This document shows, one piece after another, positions 1 through 13,280 of a stretch of DNA of 64,000 nucleotides. The DNA is from Macrostomum lignano (Eukaryota). The DNA lies in the NCBI GenBank assembly GCA_002269645.1, contig NIVC01000109.1, forward strand, positions 855,670-919,669, in the 5' to 3' direction. Position 1 is the first letter of the stretch; every line of letters starts with the position of its first letter. Made by a program: the position numbers and the translations under genes. The notes under the pieces were generated by a model that worked only from the letters and a program-made list of their open reading frames with translations, did not search any database and had not been told where the DNA came from.

Positions 1-651
1 CAACTCTCGATATGCTTTTGGAGAGCAGAAGTTGATCCTCTCGGCGAAGTCTTTGATGTGGTTATTGAAACCACCTGTGGTATTTCGTGGTCGTAAAGAA
101 AACAGCTTGAGACCTTCAGAAGTCAACATTTGCTTTACATGTTTTAAGGTCGCTTCGGTACTTTTCCATTTTGCAACGCGTGGACCAAAAGTCTTAATCG
201 TGCGCTTCTTGTGCTTCAGCCGCATCAACAGGCGCTGTTGAGTGTTTGGTGGTGAGTCAACTGATTTGCGTGTGGTTGCCGCGCTGCAACTGACAGGCAT
301 CGGCATCTCAAACTCGCAGTCTCCAGTAGTTTCGTTTGCATAAGAGTTTGGATCGTGGAAGTCAGTGAGCTCTTGCGTTTCAAGCTTAGTCCACTCAAGC
401 TTCGGAACTGCGCCAGTTATCAGTCGCTTGCTCCTCCCATGAGCCTGCATGTCTCGCTGTTCAAAGTGCAGCTCACAAAGAAACTTACGAGCTCCGAATT
501 TGAAATGTGGCTTTGCTTGCACATTGCTGTTCCACTGCGCTAGTCGATACGGATCACCGATTGGATAAGAAAAAAGGGTGACAGGTTTCGTGCCTTGTCC
601 ACTTTTGGATAGGCATCCGATTGCAGCACAAATTCTGACGTCCTTAATCAT
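1..651 (-). mobile_element. P-element/THAP9-like transposase, N-terminal part (THAP zinc finger plus start of transposase body); ORF runs off the left edge
   Basis: Hand translation of the minus strand from ATG at 651 gives 217 open codons: MIKDVRICAAIGCLSK...LFSYP...RLAQW...FLCELHFEQ...LITGAVPKL (THAP C-x4-C...P...W...C-x2-H-F...AVP signature), then KDFAERINFCSPKAYREL, like the 'FAl.l.f.SPkaY' motif of P-element transposases. Absent from the ORF track because there is no stop in the window. Confidence 0.85.
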
Positions 652-2539
652 CTCGCGAAGCCATCTTTTGCCGCTGTAGAGTGTTCTACCTCCCGTAAAA
701 AAGGAAAAAGAAGTTAATCGTAGGATGCTAGTAAGTAAGTAGTAAGTAAGTAAGTAGGATGTAAGTAAGTAAGTACACACATGCGCACCTAAATCTTAAA
801 TGAATCATGTTACCAGAAAATACGCGATGAGCTATGTTCCCCTTTTAGCGCAACACATGAGTTGTAATGCTGCTATTTTGGACTGCAAATTCGCCTATAA
901 ATACAAGTGGTCCGAAGCGGACCAGGAGCCAACTCCCGACGATAGGAGAAGCTCCGAAGAGGAAGCCTTAGGAGGACTTCCTGATCACCAAGTCAATCGA
1001 GACTCGGTCGAGTTGTTGCGGTAAGCCTTCCTTATTTGCGCCCGTTGTGTTAGAGACGTCTCGCTCAAGTCTAGTGTTACATGAGTTTAGTTGAGTCTGT
1101 TTAGACTCTACTGGTTGCAGTCTCCAGAAGGACTGCCCCTGATAGGTCTTAGAAGACTATCAGTGGTTTCCGGAGCTATACCTAAGGTGCATAGAGGCAC
1201 TGCTAGAAGAAGGAGGCTTAATTCAAACCGCAGTTCGGCGCAGGGTACCCATTGTTGATACGAGACCTCTGATTGGTCCTGACTGCAGATACCGGCCGGA
1301 ACAACTTCATCTGAAGTACAAGAGGAACCAGGACCAGAGAAACAGGAGAGACAAGGCGCCTGATCGACAGATCAACTGTGAATAACAGTCAGCGAGATCT
1401 ACGTTCGAGATCAACTCAAGGAAGAGATCTACACATCCCGATTTAAAGGTAATTGAATACCTTCAGTTAATTACTGGGTTGCCTAGCAAAGTAGCTAGAA
1501 GTGATTGTTCCTTGATTACGGTTGAGGACTGGTAATAAGGAACACATCACCGCCCTGCATATATTGCGAGCATGTGCTTGGACATAAAATAGAATACTTA
1601 TAAATAAAGGTTTGCAGCTTCTGCAGCGGCTATTTGTCTATGTGTGAAAGTACGGCATTCTGAGCTTCTTGTGATGCTGGTGCTTGTCTATGGCTAGGAC
1701 CAAAAAAATCGAGCTTCTGGCGATCCAGTTATATTATTCATCCATGGTTAGACTGGACCCCAGTCTAAATTGTCTGAATTGAATTGAATTGAACGTGAAA
1801 AGGTGTAGCAAGCATTAGCAAGACAATGCACAAGTATTTCCATAGACGCTACAGGCAAGTTTTTTTTCCGCTGGCGTCATTGACCTTGCGATGGAAGTGG
1901 CAGTTGACTCTATCGCGGGACAAACACCCGGCTGTCGCAGGATAAAGTTTCCGGATGCTTCTGTGTACTGTCGATCTAGACGTCAAGCAAAATCCCATGC
2001 TTCGCAGGTAGCAGTGGCATCGAGGATTGTAGTGAATTACAGGTCTAAGTCTCTATGAATTAAAAAATAGATCTTGAATGACGGCACGAGCAGTTGGATT
2101 CAGTTTTTCAGGAAATTACAGAAGCGTTTTGATGCCAAGCCGCTGCGGCGAAAAGCTGCTTCCAACGTTGAATTCTTAGACTTGACAGCAATTATCTGGC
2201 ATTTCAGCCTCTAAAAACTTGACTTCTAGCAAGATCCAGCTTCCTCGCTTCGAACTACTGGTGCTTTTCGGTGTTGTTCAGCAGTAACGTCCTTGCAAAG
2301 GTTCAATGCAGGATATGTACTGCTTAACAGGCGCGTTCCCGGCTCGTGACGGTGATTTGGACAGGTGTACATCTCATCCCTGAAGTGTAAGCTGCACACA
2401 ACCGCTCTCTTCTATTTGAGTTCGTTTGCTTTTCCCAGAAGGTCACCTCGAAACAATCGGCGAGCTCAATCTTCGCACCTGGAAGATGTCAGAGAGAGTT
2501 TGAACACTGAAACGATTCCAAAATCGAAAAAGAAAAATT

Positions 2540-2950
2540 ACACCACAAGAGACAACTATGTGTTCTTTGAAGTACGTACCTCTTCACTGTCTCCAGATGG
2601 AAATGCATGGAAGCGTGTCAAAGACGGGCACTTGTAGGCATCGGAATTGCAAATGTAAGCTTCTCACTGGGCTCGAGATTTTGTTAGGATTACTGCGCCT
2701 GCACAGTTTTTTTGCCGCAGAATAAAAGAATGAGGCTCTTCGCTGATCTATGATTACTCAAAAACACAAAAAACTAAAATTACAAGCACGGCCATGGGAG
2801 TGTGATATCGTCTGATTGGTGATATGGTGATTCTACTCCCTACTACTTTCCCACAGCTTCACAGGAAGAGTAGCACAAAGCGAAAATTATTTCGCATCGA
2901 ATTTTTTTCATCAGGGTGGCTGAATAAGCATGATCATGGTAGGAATATTG
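2540..2950 (+). pseudogene. Possible degenerate FLYWCH-type zinc-finger fragment (Mutator-like transposon relic)
   Basis: Pieces in different frames read RDNYVF..., W..., CRHRNCKCKLLT..., LNKHDH, matching the FLYWCH motif order, but they are broken by stops and frameshifts. Confidence 0.25.
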
Positions 2951-3183
2951 GTTTTGACAATCAATATGAGAAAATGGACAATCAAAATGAAAACAGCCGT
3001 AGATCTGCTGTGAATCCATTGCTGTCAAATCCATTTTGACAATGTTGATAATGTTGATAATGAAGTGGAAAAAATTCTAAATACCAGCTCTAACATAGAC
3101 TAAACTAGATGGTTAATATAACTCTCCGTTGGGGGTTTAGATAGCCGAAAGCAGGTATTCATTGCACGTCACCGCAAGTCTGA

Positions 3184-3278
3184 GTCTACGACGTTTGCCT
3201 GTCAGTTGCAAGTCGGCTGGCAAGCGTCCCGCAGGCAAACGTCGGCTGGCAAACGTCCGACAGGCAAACGTCGTAGAC
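3184..3278. repeat. 20-bp perfect inverted repeat enclosing short ggcaa(a/g)cgtc tandem copies
   Basis: gtctacgacgtttgcctgtc (3184-3203) is the reverse complement of gacaggcaaacgtcgtagac (3259-3278). Confidence 0.8.
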
Positions 3279-3613
3279 CCAGACTTGCTAGCAAAACCAG
3301 CAGCCGACTTGCTGACAAACGTCCCGCAGGCAAGCGTTACTATCCCCGCGCGCAAGTGTTTACTACAATAATTCGTGAATTTAGCATCTAATTTGTGAAG
3401 AAAAAACAAAACCTAATTTTTAAAGGAACTTATTAAAGGAACTTTTAAAAATTTATATTAACCAGATCTAATGTAGAAAAAAGTTACACAACAATCTAAA
3501 TTAAATGAGCCTAAAACCAAAGCAGTATAGTAAACCATTTCCAATTCAATATTCAATATTCAATTCAATTCAATAACGTTTTTGTTAATGCACGTTAACT
3601 AACAGCTTTCTAC

Positions 3614-4308
3614 CAAGGACGACTTAAGTAGAAGGACGGGAAACCTCGTTTCTTAGAAAATTTTTGAAGGCACTTTTTCCCGAAAAAATACACTACGGAG
3701 ATAGGAAATTTTCATTTTTTCAGCACAAAAATTGCTATTACTTTTGATAGGAGGCAGATCCAGTGCTCATATTTTGATATGTTGTGCCTTTTTTATTGCT
3801 CTATCGATATTTATAAAGCTTTTCGTTCAGAAAATTAGGATTCTATGTAAATTTTTTATTCTCCGTATATTTTCACGTGTCTTGTGATTGAAATACATTA
3901 GAAAGCCACGGCTCGGCTCTTTGGTTTTAGAAGTCTATTTTATCATTCTTAACTGACTGTTTAGCAAATATTCGTAACAGAGATGATAAAACAGGTTCAT
4001 AAAAGCGAATATTGGAGCTGTGTCATGCATTTTTGTGATTTTCAGATACAGGAAATGTACGTAGAATAAAAAATTGACATATAATCCTAATTTTCTGAAC
4101 GAAAAGCTTTATAAATATCGATAGAGCAATAAAAAAGGCACAACATATCAAAATATGAGCACTGGATCTGCCTCCTATCAAAAGTAATAGCAATTTTTGT
4201 GCTGAAAAAATGAAAATTTCCTATCTCCGTAGTGTATTTTTTCGGGAAAAAGTGCCTTCAAAAATTTTCTAAGAAACGAGGTTTCCCGTCCTACTTAAGT
4301 CGTCCTTG
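3614..4308. mobile_element. Non-autonomous MITE/foldback element, P-superfamily type
   Basis: About 270-bp near-perfect terminal inverted repeats starting CAAGGACGACTTAAGTAG and ending CTACTTAAGTCGTCCTTG; exact 8-bp TSD ctttctac at 3606-3613 and 4309-4316. CANRG termini with a 7-8 bp TSD are typical of P elements; hAT also makes 8-bp TSDs. Confidence 0.85.
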
Positions 4309-7023
4309 CTTTCTACTTTTTTTGGTGTTTGGCTGTAGCAATGATGTAGCAATGATAGGCCTAACATAGCAGGTCATTTTGTTTGTTGCCTTTTTGTTTG
4401 CTAGCAAATAAAACAACTTAAAAAAATAATAATATAGTACATAGTTAAGATATATAGATTTTTGTTTTTAATATTATATATATTGGTGTCATGCTTAGTT
4501 CCAGACTCTAGGTTATAATTACATGTATGGCAAAATTTTCCTATGTACCATTGGAGAGTTCATGGCTATTTTGGTATACCAGTTAGGTGTATCACTTTGA
4601 GCTTGAAAATTTTTTGGCACATTAATCAGCAACAATATGCATATTACAACAAAAATTAGGCTTAGAGTTAAAAAATTATATTTTTATGTACATTACTAAT
4701 GTTACTTTTTTGGGTGATCTTCCAGTTTATTTTGCAATATTATTTTTGAGTTTGAAATGGTGCATCAACGTAGTGGGCTAGGGATGGGTGCATGCAGATA
4801 ACTTAATTTCAGGCTAACATAATTTATGCATGGCTTTTCTGTTGACCAGCAAGAAAAAACAAATTATTGATCGCCTACTGTACTGAGGTTTACAAATATA
4901 CGCAAGTTATTTAAAATTCTTTGGCCACTACTTTAAGCAGACATGAGAGTATGGGACCATTAAATTGACAATATTACAGATTGGTAACATGTTAAAATGG
5001 TCCTTGACGGGCTGCTAAAATTGAAAACGTCAATAATATTTGTTTTTAGGATGAATTTCACCATAGGCCTAAGTTAATTATGGATATATTATAGAACGTA
5101 TCATTTTTTTTCAATTAGATACCACTCTCCTTAATTTCCTATTATGTTTTAAGAATATTATAAATGTTGATATAAGCTATAACTGATTAAACAAATATAT
5201 GGTTAATTTAATCAACATTATTAAAAGCAACCATTTATTGCACAAAATAGTAATTGCAAAATTGGCCATAGTCTAGATCATGCTAGCATATAATAGTTTT
5301 TTCAGTTTTCCAATTCAAAAAGTTATGTCTTGAGGCAATTTAAGATTATTTAATAAACTAGCACAATCAAAGCCCATGGGTTAGACAATTATCATTTACC
5401 ATTACCAATGACATTTTTATTATTACTTGGATAATAATCAGGCACATTATAGGAGATAACTGAACTAATTAAAGTAGCAAAAATGATAATGTAGAAGCAG
5501 TTAAACTAATAGCTAAGAATAGGTATTAGTTTGGACTATTAAGTGCAGGCTAGATTATAAGCTTTATACATAAAAATTTAACCTTGTTGAAAAGATAAGA
5601 ATGTATCAAAAACTTCTAGCAAAGCAATTTTTGTGAATTTGATAATTTTAGTAATTATAAATAATAACTTACTCCTTATAATAATGTTTTGTGAATTTTA
5701 ATCCAAAGGCTATATGCCCCAAATTATGAATAAAAATAGCTATAAAAGATAGTATAGTATATCTAGTTCTTTGCTATTATTCTTCATTTTTTGGTCTGAC
5801 TGTATAGGAGAAACAATAGTTGTACTGTCCTAGGTGCCACACTTTTTAGCAAGCTGGTTCTACAGCTAGGTACTAATAGGTTTTTTGAAAGCATTACCTT
5901 GTTGCTTCAACTTTGGATGGCATTGCAAAGCTGTTGCTATCAAATAGATATGATGAGAACATGATAAGAAAATTAATCTATTTTCAAATAAATAATGGGC
6001 CAAATATAATATATCTTTGATTGGCTTTTGTACTTGCATCTCATTGGCAAACTTAGATTCCTGTTCATATGTCTGCGTTATAATTTATTTTGCAGTTTGA
6101 TTTTGTGTCAAACAATCTGCCAGTATAAGCCTCATTAGCACTACTACATTTTCAATTGACATAGCTTCAGTAGGTTCTGACAACTCTTTATCTTCAGAAG
6201 CTCCATGCAGCAGCTTCTTTATCTTTGGATAAAGTCAGCTGGTAAAATATCTTAAAAGTAGGGTGGGTGTAAGAGCAGCTCAAAATTTGCCTGCTAATTT
6301 GTCTCCTCTTTCTTGGCCATGTGGGGACATGCATTGTCATGGTTGGCAAGGTATGGCTTCTTACCTGACTTACCCAGGTTCTGGATGTCCAATAATTATC
6401 AATCAATCAATAAATGAGACACCATTAATGAATGGTAGGTTAAAAATTTCTATCATTTTTACTTCCTCACTACTATATAGTGAGTAATGTAACTGTTGGC
6501 ATTGGATTTAATGCTATTAAAAGTTCTAGGAAGTTACAGGAAATTAACCAGCTATAGATGCAGATAATATGGATAGGCTACATAGCTTATAGCTATATAG
6601 CTATAAATCCTAGCTATAGCAAGACTCAAAATAGCATAAACTTAGCTATTACTCTAAATATTATTAAACTGAATACAATTCAAATTTATGCAAAAGAAAA
6701 ATCAATTAATAATTATTATAATAATTATTAGAGAAGGCAATACTTAGGAGTACATTATTATTGTCTAGATTGAAGAGCTCATTTAAAGGTTTTATAGGGT
6801 TAATTAAAACACCTTTAATTAACTACTTTGCAAGCAAAAGCTTGTGGAAAGTTTCTTTAAAAATGTGTAAAAGTAGTATTGAAGTATTATTTTATTCATA
6901 AATTATTATTAGTTTTGAGTGGATTACAATTACATTACACAATATACTAATATAAAAAATTTATTGCTTCTGGCATACAATTCAACTTCATGAACAAAAT
7001 ATTTGATAAATTCGAACACCAGA

Positions 7024-10000
7024 ATGCTTCACGATTTCACCAATTTATTCGAAGATTTGGCCAGAAGTTTCACTCCGGCCTCGCTAATCTGCCTGCTGTC
7101 TATTATTCTGCTGGTGGCGCCAACCAAATGCCAGCTTGCTAATCAGGAGCCCCAGCAGCAGCAACAGCAGATGGCCACAGTGTCTGACCTGCCGATCTAT
7201 CGGCTGCATCAGTTTGACATGTTCGGCTCTCGCTATGGCAGTCGTTCGGCTCAGCTCAATTTTGAAGCTAGAACTGTTGCTTCCGGACAGCTCAATAGAA
7301 AATGCGTGGTTGCCAGGGTTCAGGTGGGTTTTTCTGCTTTCGGAATTGGCCTTTTCCCAGCAAATCCCTCCCTTGCCCTCTGAGAATCACAACACAATCC
7401 AAAATGGCATTCGAATCTCTATTAGAATCGACACTAATCCTCTCCCAGAATCGACACTAATCCTGTCTCAGAATCGACACTAATCCTGTCTCAGAATCGA
7501 CACTAATCCTCTCCCAGAATCGACACTAATCCTCTCCCAGAATCGACACTAATCCTCTCCCAGAATCGACAACTAATCCTCTCCCAGAATCGACACTAAT
7601 CCTCTCCCAGAATCGACAACTAATCCTCTCCCAGAATCGACACTAATCCTCTCCCAGAATCGACAACTAATCCTCTCCCAGAATCGATACTAATCCTCTC
7701 CCAGAATCGACACTAATCCTGTCTCAGAATCGACACTAATCCTCTCCCAGAATCGAAACTAATCCTCTATCAGAATCGACTCTAATCCTCTCCCAGAATC
7801 GAAACTAATCCTCTATCAGAATTGACACTAATCCTCTCCCAGAATCGACACTAATCCTGTCTCAGAATCGACACTAATCCTGTCTCAGAATCGACACTAA
7901 TCCTCTCCCAGAATCGACACTAATCCTGTCTCAGAATCGACACTAATCCTGTCTCAGAATCGACACAAATCCTCTCCCAGAATCGACACTTACCCTCTAT
8001 CAGAACCGACACTAATGCCATCCTGAGATACTGTTAGCAATTTAATCAAGACACATTGATTTCTAACTTGCACGATTCCCCAGGAGCTGTCTGGCGCAGT
8101 GATCAAGCGCCTAGTGCAGGACAACGTGGGCGCCATTCTAGTGTTGGTGCCGCCAGCTCTGCTCCAGGATCCAACTGGCATACCGACTGAGACTCGGGCC
8201 GCTCTGCACTCGCTGGAACAGGTTTGTTTTGCTTTTCTTTGCTTCGCCTCGAATCTCCATGAGAATCGCCCCAAATCTCCATGTGATAATTCCCCTCAAA
8301 GCTCCATGAGATTCGCCCCAAAATCTCAATCAATGAGAATCGCCCCCAAATCTCAATGAGAATCGCCCCCAAATCTCCATGAGAATCGCCCCAAAATCTC
8401 AATTAGAATCGCCCTCAAATCTCCAAAACAATCGCCCCCAAATCTCCATGAGAATCGCCCCCCCCCCCCAAATCCCAATGAGAATCGCCCCCAAATCTCC
8501 ATGAGAATCGCCCCCAAATCTCCATGAGAATCGCCCCCAAATCTCCATGAGAATCGCCCCCAAATCTCCACGAGAATCACCCCAAAATCTCCATGAGAAT
8601 CGCCCCCAAATCTCAATGAGAATCGCCCCCAAATCTCCATGAGAATCGCCCACAAATCTCAATGAGAATCGCCCCCAAATCTCAATGAGAATCGCCCCCA
8701 AATCTCCAAGAGATTCGCCCCCAAATCTCCAAGAGATTCGCCCCCAAATCTCAATGAGAATCGCCCCCAAATCTCCATGACAATCGCCCCCAAATCTCCA
8801 TGAGAATCGCCCCCAAATCTCCACGAGAATCACCCCAAAATCTCCATGAGAATCGCCCCCAAATCTCAATGAGAATCGCCCCCAAATCTCCATGAGAATT
8901 GTCCCCAAATCTCCATGAGAATCGCCCCCAAATCTCCATGAGAATCGCCCTCTCCACCCGCCGCAGGACCTGTGGGGCGACAGCATCCCCGTGCCGGTGT
9001 ACTTCCTGGCCGAGACGCCGGACTTCAGCCGGGTATTTGAGGACATGCGCCGCATTGACCAGTCCAACGATTTCAACTCGCCTCTCCGCCTGATTGCCAA
9101 CTCTGTGCTGGGCAACACGTATCACGTGGCGGCCAGGTCTGCCCAGAGCAAACCGATCGATAGCTTAGAATTTGTTGCTATGCACGGATTCTTGTATCCT
9201 CAAGCCTCATCCGCCGCAGCCGCAGCCGCCGGAGTTGCTCACCAGGGCGGCTCCGAGGGCACCATAGTCATCTCCGCCTACATGGACTGGTTTGGCTCGG
9301 TGCCAACTCTTGGCCGAGGCTTCGATAGCAACGGCAGCGGCATGCTGCTGCTGCTCAGGCTGGCTAGGCTGCTGTCTTATTACTACGGCATGCCTGGAGT
9401 CCGGCCGAAGTACAGCGTGCTCTTCCTATTGACCAGCGGCGGCAAGCTGTCCTATTTCGGTACTAAGCGCTGGATTGAGGACAATCTTGAGTCGCCGGAT
9501 TCAACTGTACTCGCCAGGGTTGTCATGGCCCTGTGTCTGGACTCGGTTGGCCTGGAGCCAGCCGTTAATCTGCACGTGTCCAAGCTGCCCAAGGAGGGCA
9601 CTCTGATGCATGCTTTCTACGACAGAATGCGCAAACACTCGGAGAAGCCCGATTTGGTGAGCTGAAATTCTATCACTGCTCTCTGTTCTTAGACTTCTTT
9701 GCTGCCCTGCTATCTACCGTGAATATCTACCCTCTTTGTCTGCAACTTATCTACCCTGCTATCTACCGTTAACATCTACCCTCTTTGTCTGTAACTTATC
9801 CACCCTGCTATCTACTGTGAATATCTACCCTCTTTGTCTGCAACTTATCTACCCTGCTATCTACCGTTAACATCTACCCTCTTTGTCTGTAACTTATCCA
9901 CCCTGCTATCTACCGTGAATATCTACCCTCTTTGTCTGTAACTTAGCTGCCCTGCTATCTACCGTGAATATCTACCCTCTTTGTCTGCAACTTATCTACC

Positions 10001-12435
10001 CTGCTATCTACCGTTAACATCTACCCTCTTTGTCTGCAACTTATCTACCCTGCTATCTACCGTTAACATCTACCCTCTTTGTCTGTAACTTATCTACCCT
10101 GCTATCTACCGTGAATATCTACCCTCTTTGTCTGCAACTTATCTACCCTGCTATCTACCGTTAACATCTACCCTCTTTGTCTGCAACTTATCTACCCTGC
10201 TATCTACCGTTAACATCTACCCTCTTTGTCTGTAACTTATCCACCCTGCTATCTACCGTGAATATCTACCCTCTTTGTCTGTAACTTATCTACCCTGCTA
10301 TCTACCCTCTCTGCTACCCTGCTACCTACCCTCTCTGCTACCCTGCTACCTACCCTCTATGCTACTCTGCTACCTACCCTCTCTGCTACCCTGCTACCTA
10401 CCCTCTCTGCTACCCTGCTACCTACCCTCTATGCTACCCTGCTACCTACCCTCTCTGCTACCCTGCTACCTACCCTCTATGCTACCCTGCTACCTACCCT
10501 CTCTGCTACCCTGCTACCTACCCTCTCTGCTACCCTGCTACCTACCCTCTCTGCTACCCTGCTACCTACCCTCTCTGCTACCCTGCTACCTACCCTCTCT
10601 GCTACCCTGCTACCTACCCTCTATGCTACCCTGCTACCTACCCTCTCTGCTACCCTGCTACCTACCCTCTATGCTACCCTGCTACCTACCCTCTCTGCTA
10701 CCCTGCTACCTACCCTCCCTGCTACCCTGTTACCTACCCTCTGCTACCCTGCTACCTACCCTCTCTGCTACCCTGCTACCTACCCTCTCTGCTACCCTGC
10801 TACCTACCCTCTCTGCTACCCTGCTACCTACCCTCTCTGCTACCCTGCTACCTACCCTCTATGCTACCCTGCTACCTACCCTCTCTGCTACCCTGCTACC
10901 TACCCTCTCTGCTACCCTGCTACCTACCCTCTCTGCTACCCTGCTACCTACCCTCTCTGCTACCCTGCTACCTACCCTCTCTGCTACCCTGCTACCTACC
11001 CTCTATGCTACCCTGCTACCTACCCTCTCTGCTACCCTGCTACCTACCCTCTATGCTACCCTGCTACCTACCCTCTCTGCTACCCTGCTACCTACCCTCT
11101 ATGCTACCCTGCTACCTACCCTCTCTGCTACCCTGCTACCTACCCTCCCTGCTACCCTGTTACCTACCCTCTCTGCTACCCTGCTACCTACCCTCTCTGC
11201 TACCCTGCTACCTACCCTCTATGCTACCCTGCTACCTACCCTCTCTGCTACCCTGCTACCTACCCTCTCTGCTACCCTGCTACCTACCCTCTCTGCTACC
11301 CTGCTACCTACCCTCTCTGCTACCCTGCTACCTACCCTCTCTGCTACCCTGCTTCCTACCCTCTCTGCTACCCTGCTACCTACCCTCTCTGCTACCCTGC
11401 TACCTACCCTCTCTGCTACCCTGCTACCTACCCTCCCTGCTACCCTGTTACCTACCCTCTGCTACCCTGCTACCTACCCTCTCTGCTACCCTGCTACCTA
11501 CCCTCTCTGCTACCCTGCTACCTACCCTCTCTGCTACCCTGCTACCTACCCTCTCTGCTACCCTGCTACCTACCCTCTCTGCTACCCTGCTACCTACCCT
11601 CTCTGCTACCCTGCTACCTACCCTCTCTGCTACCCTGCTACCTACCCTCTCTGCTACCCTGCTACCTACCCTCTATGCTACCCTGCTACCTACCCTCTCT
11701 GCTACCCTGCTACCTACCCTCTCTGCTACCCTTACCAACCCTCCGCCATCCGTCCAGGTGCAGCTCCGCCAGAAGAAGATCAACCTGGCCAACGAGTGGC
11801 TGCCCTGGGAGCACGAGCGCTTCTCAATCAAGCGCCTGCCGGGCCTCACGCTTAGCCAGTGCCCGTCTCACTCGGACTGCTCCCACCGGCTCAGCGTGCT
11901 GGACAGGCGGATCGACTGGCAACAGCTGGACTCGAACTACAGGACCGTGGCCAAATCCCTGCTGGACCTGCTGCTCAATCCGTCCACGAATGTCACTGAC
12001 GAGCAGATGATGAAGCACGTATATAACGATGTAGACGACTCTGGGGATCCACAATCTGCCTGGACTAGCTATGCTCAACTTCTTGAGCACGATCACCGGT
12101 CCTATCACAATCTGCGTCGCTCAGATCCCTACGTGCAGACCCTGCAGAGCATGCTGTCCCCTCTGGTCAAGGACTACCGGCTGGTCGCCTTCAAACCGGA
12201 TCGGAAGGAACCCGAAGTGGTCGTCTACGACGCCTCAGACTCTGTGCTCAGCGTCTACATTGTGAAACCGGCTCTGTTCGACCTATTCCTTGCCGGACTC
12301 ATCACTGCCTATCTGGCCATTGTGTTCGGCTTTGTTGTTCATTTTCATCGCATTGCCGGACTGTGTCTGGCGCCGCTGCTGGCGCTGCTTTCATCTGGCG
12401 CCAGGCAGTCTAATGGCGGCAAAAGTACGCACTGA
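7024..12435 (+). CDS. NCLN: Nicalin (BOS complex subunit NCLN; inactive M28-like lumenal domain, type I membrane protein), ~601 aa
   Basis: Exons 7024-7323, 8084-8221, 8967-9656, 11758-12435; all GT-AG, phase 0, total 1806 nt. Signal peptide; YRLHQFDMFGSRYGSR; TIVISAYMDWFG..P.L..G.DSNGSG; LTSGGKLSYFGTKRW; KKINLA...WEHERFSIKRLP; C-terminal VKPALFDLFLA TM segment. All are nicalin hallmarks. Confidence 0.93.
7425..7995. repeat. 23-bp minisatellite (gaatcgacactaatcctctccca) in nicalin intron 1
   Basis: Direct tandem copies with period 23. Confidence 0.95.
8250..8950. repeat. ~21-22-bp minisatellite (aaatctccatgagaatcgcccc) in nicalin intron 2
   Basis: Direct tandem copies; explains several spurious minus-strand ORFs. 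Confidence 0.95.
9705..11730. repeat. Composite minisatellite in nicalin intron 3 (longer ccctgctatctaccg..tacc..tttgtct unit grading into a 24-bp ccctgctacctaccctctctgcta unit)
   Basis: Tandem copies; the unit changes near 10290; source of the PCYLPSLL and ATLLPTLS ORFs. Confidence 0.95.
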
Positions 12436-12629
12436 ACTTTACTTATAACTGCAACAATTATGCTAACCGATGGCAGTCTAGGGTGTTGTCTACATTATAG
12501 AATTGAGTTCTTACTTTATCAGCACTGACTGGGTCTGTCATGGGTCTGTCATGGGTCTGAGTTGGTGACTGGGTCTGTCATGTTTAACGCAATTGTCTAC
12601 AATGGCCAGCTAAGCTTATCTGACAGCTT

Positions 12630-13280
12630 ACTGCTTTTCTGACACTTCTCCTGACACTTGCTCTTTTGACACTTCCCTATCCTGATACTTCTCCCCTGAC
12701 GCTTTCTCCTGACATTTTCTCCTGAAACTTTCTCTCCTGACACTTTTTCTCCTGACACTTCTCCTCCTGACACTTCTCCTCCTGACACTTCTCCTCCTGA
12801 CACTTCTCCTCCTGACACTTCTCCTCCTGACACTTCTCCTGACACTCTTCTGACATTCTCTCCTCCTTACACTTTCTCCTGACACTTCTCCTGACACTCT
12901 CTTCTGACACTTTCTCTCCTGACACTTCTCTTCCTGACACTCTCCTCCTGACACTTCTCTTCCTGACACTCTCCTCCTGACACTTCTCTCTGACACTTTC
13001 TCTCCTGACACTTTCTCCTGACAATTTTCTCTCCTGACACTTTCTCCTTTTGACACTTTCTCCTCCTGACACTTTCTCCTGAAACTTGCTCTTTTGACAC
13101 TTCCCTATCCTGACACTTTCCTCCCCTGAAATTTTCTCCTCCTGACGCTTTCTCAATCCTCTTGACACTTTTTCCTGATACTTTTCTCGCGTGACACTTT
13201 CTCCTCCTGACACTTTCTCCTCCTGACACTTTCTCCTCCTGACACCCTTTTCCCTTATTGACACTTCCCTTATTTAGACA
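12630..13280. repeat. CT-rich degenerate minisatellite (ctcctgacactt-like)
   Basis: Tandem degenerate copies downstream of nicalin. Confidence 0.9.

Noticed and set aside
1875-2295. ccttg motifs (~1886 and ~2291) as the candidate terminus of the P element
   Set aside because: Only 5-8 bp match the MITE end, and the other terminus and TSD are outside the window, so it cannot be supported.
4400-6950. AT-rich block with short open stretches on the minus strand (e.g. TYEQESKFANEMQVQKP, PKIKKLLHGASEDKELSEP)
   Set aside because: I could not join these into a consistent spliced frame or recognise a family; possibly a decayed element.
10275-11757. Long ORFs of 524-526 aa with PCYLPSLL/ATLLPTLS repeats
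   Set aside because: Read-through of the stop-free 24-bp intronic minisatellite; only the part from 11758 is real nicalin exon 4.
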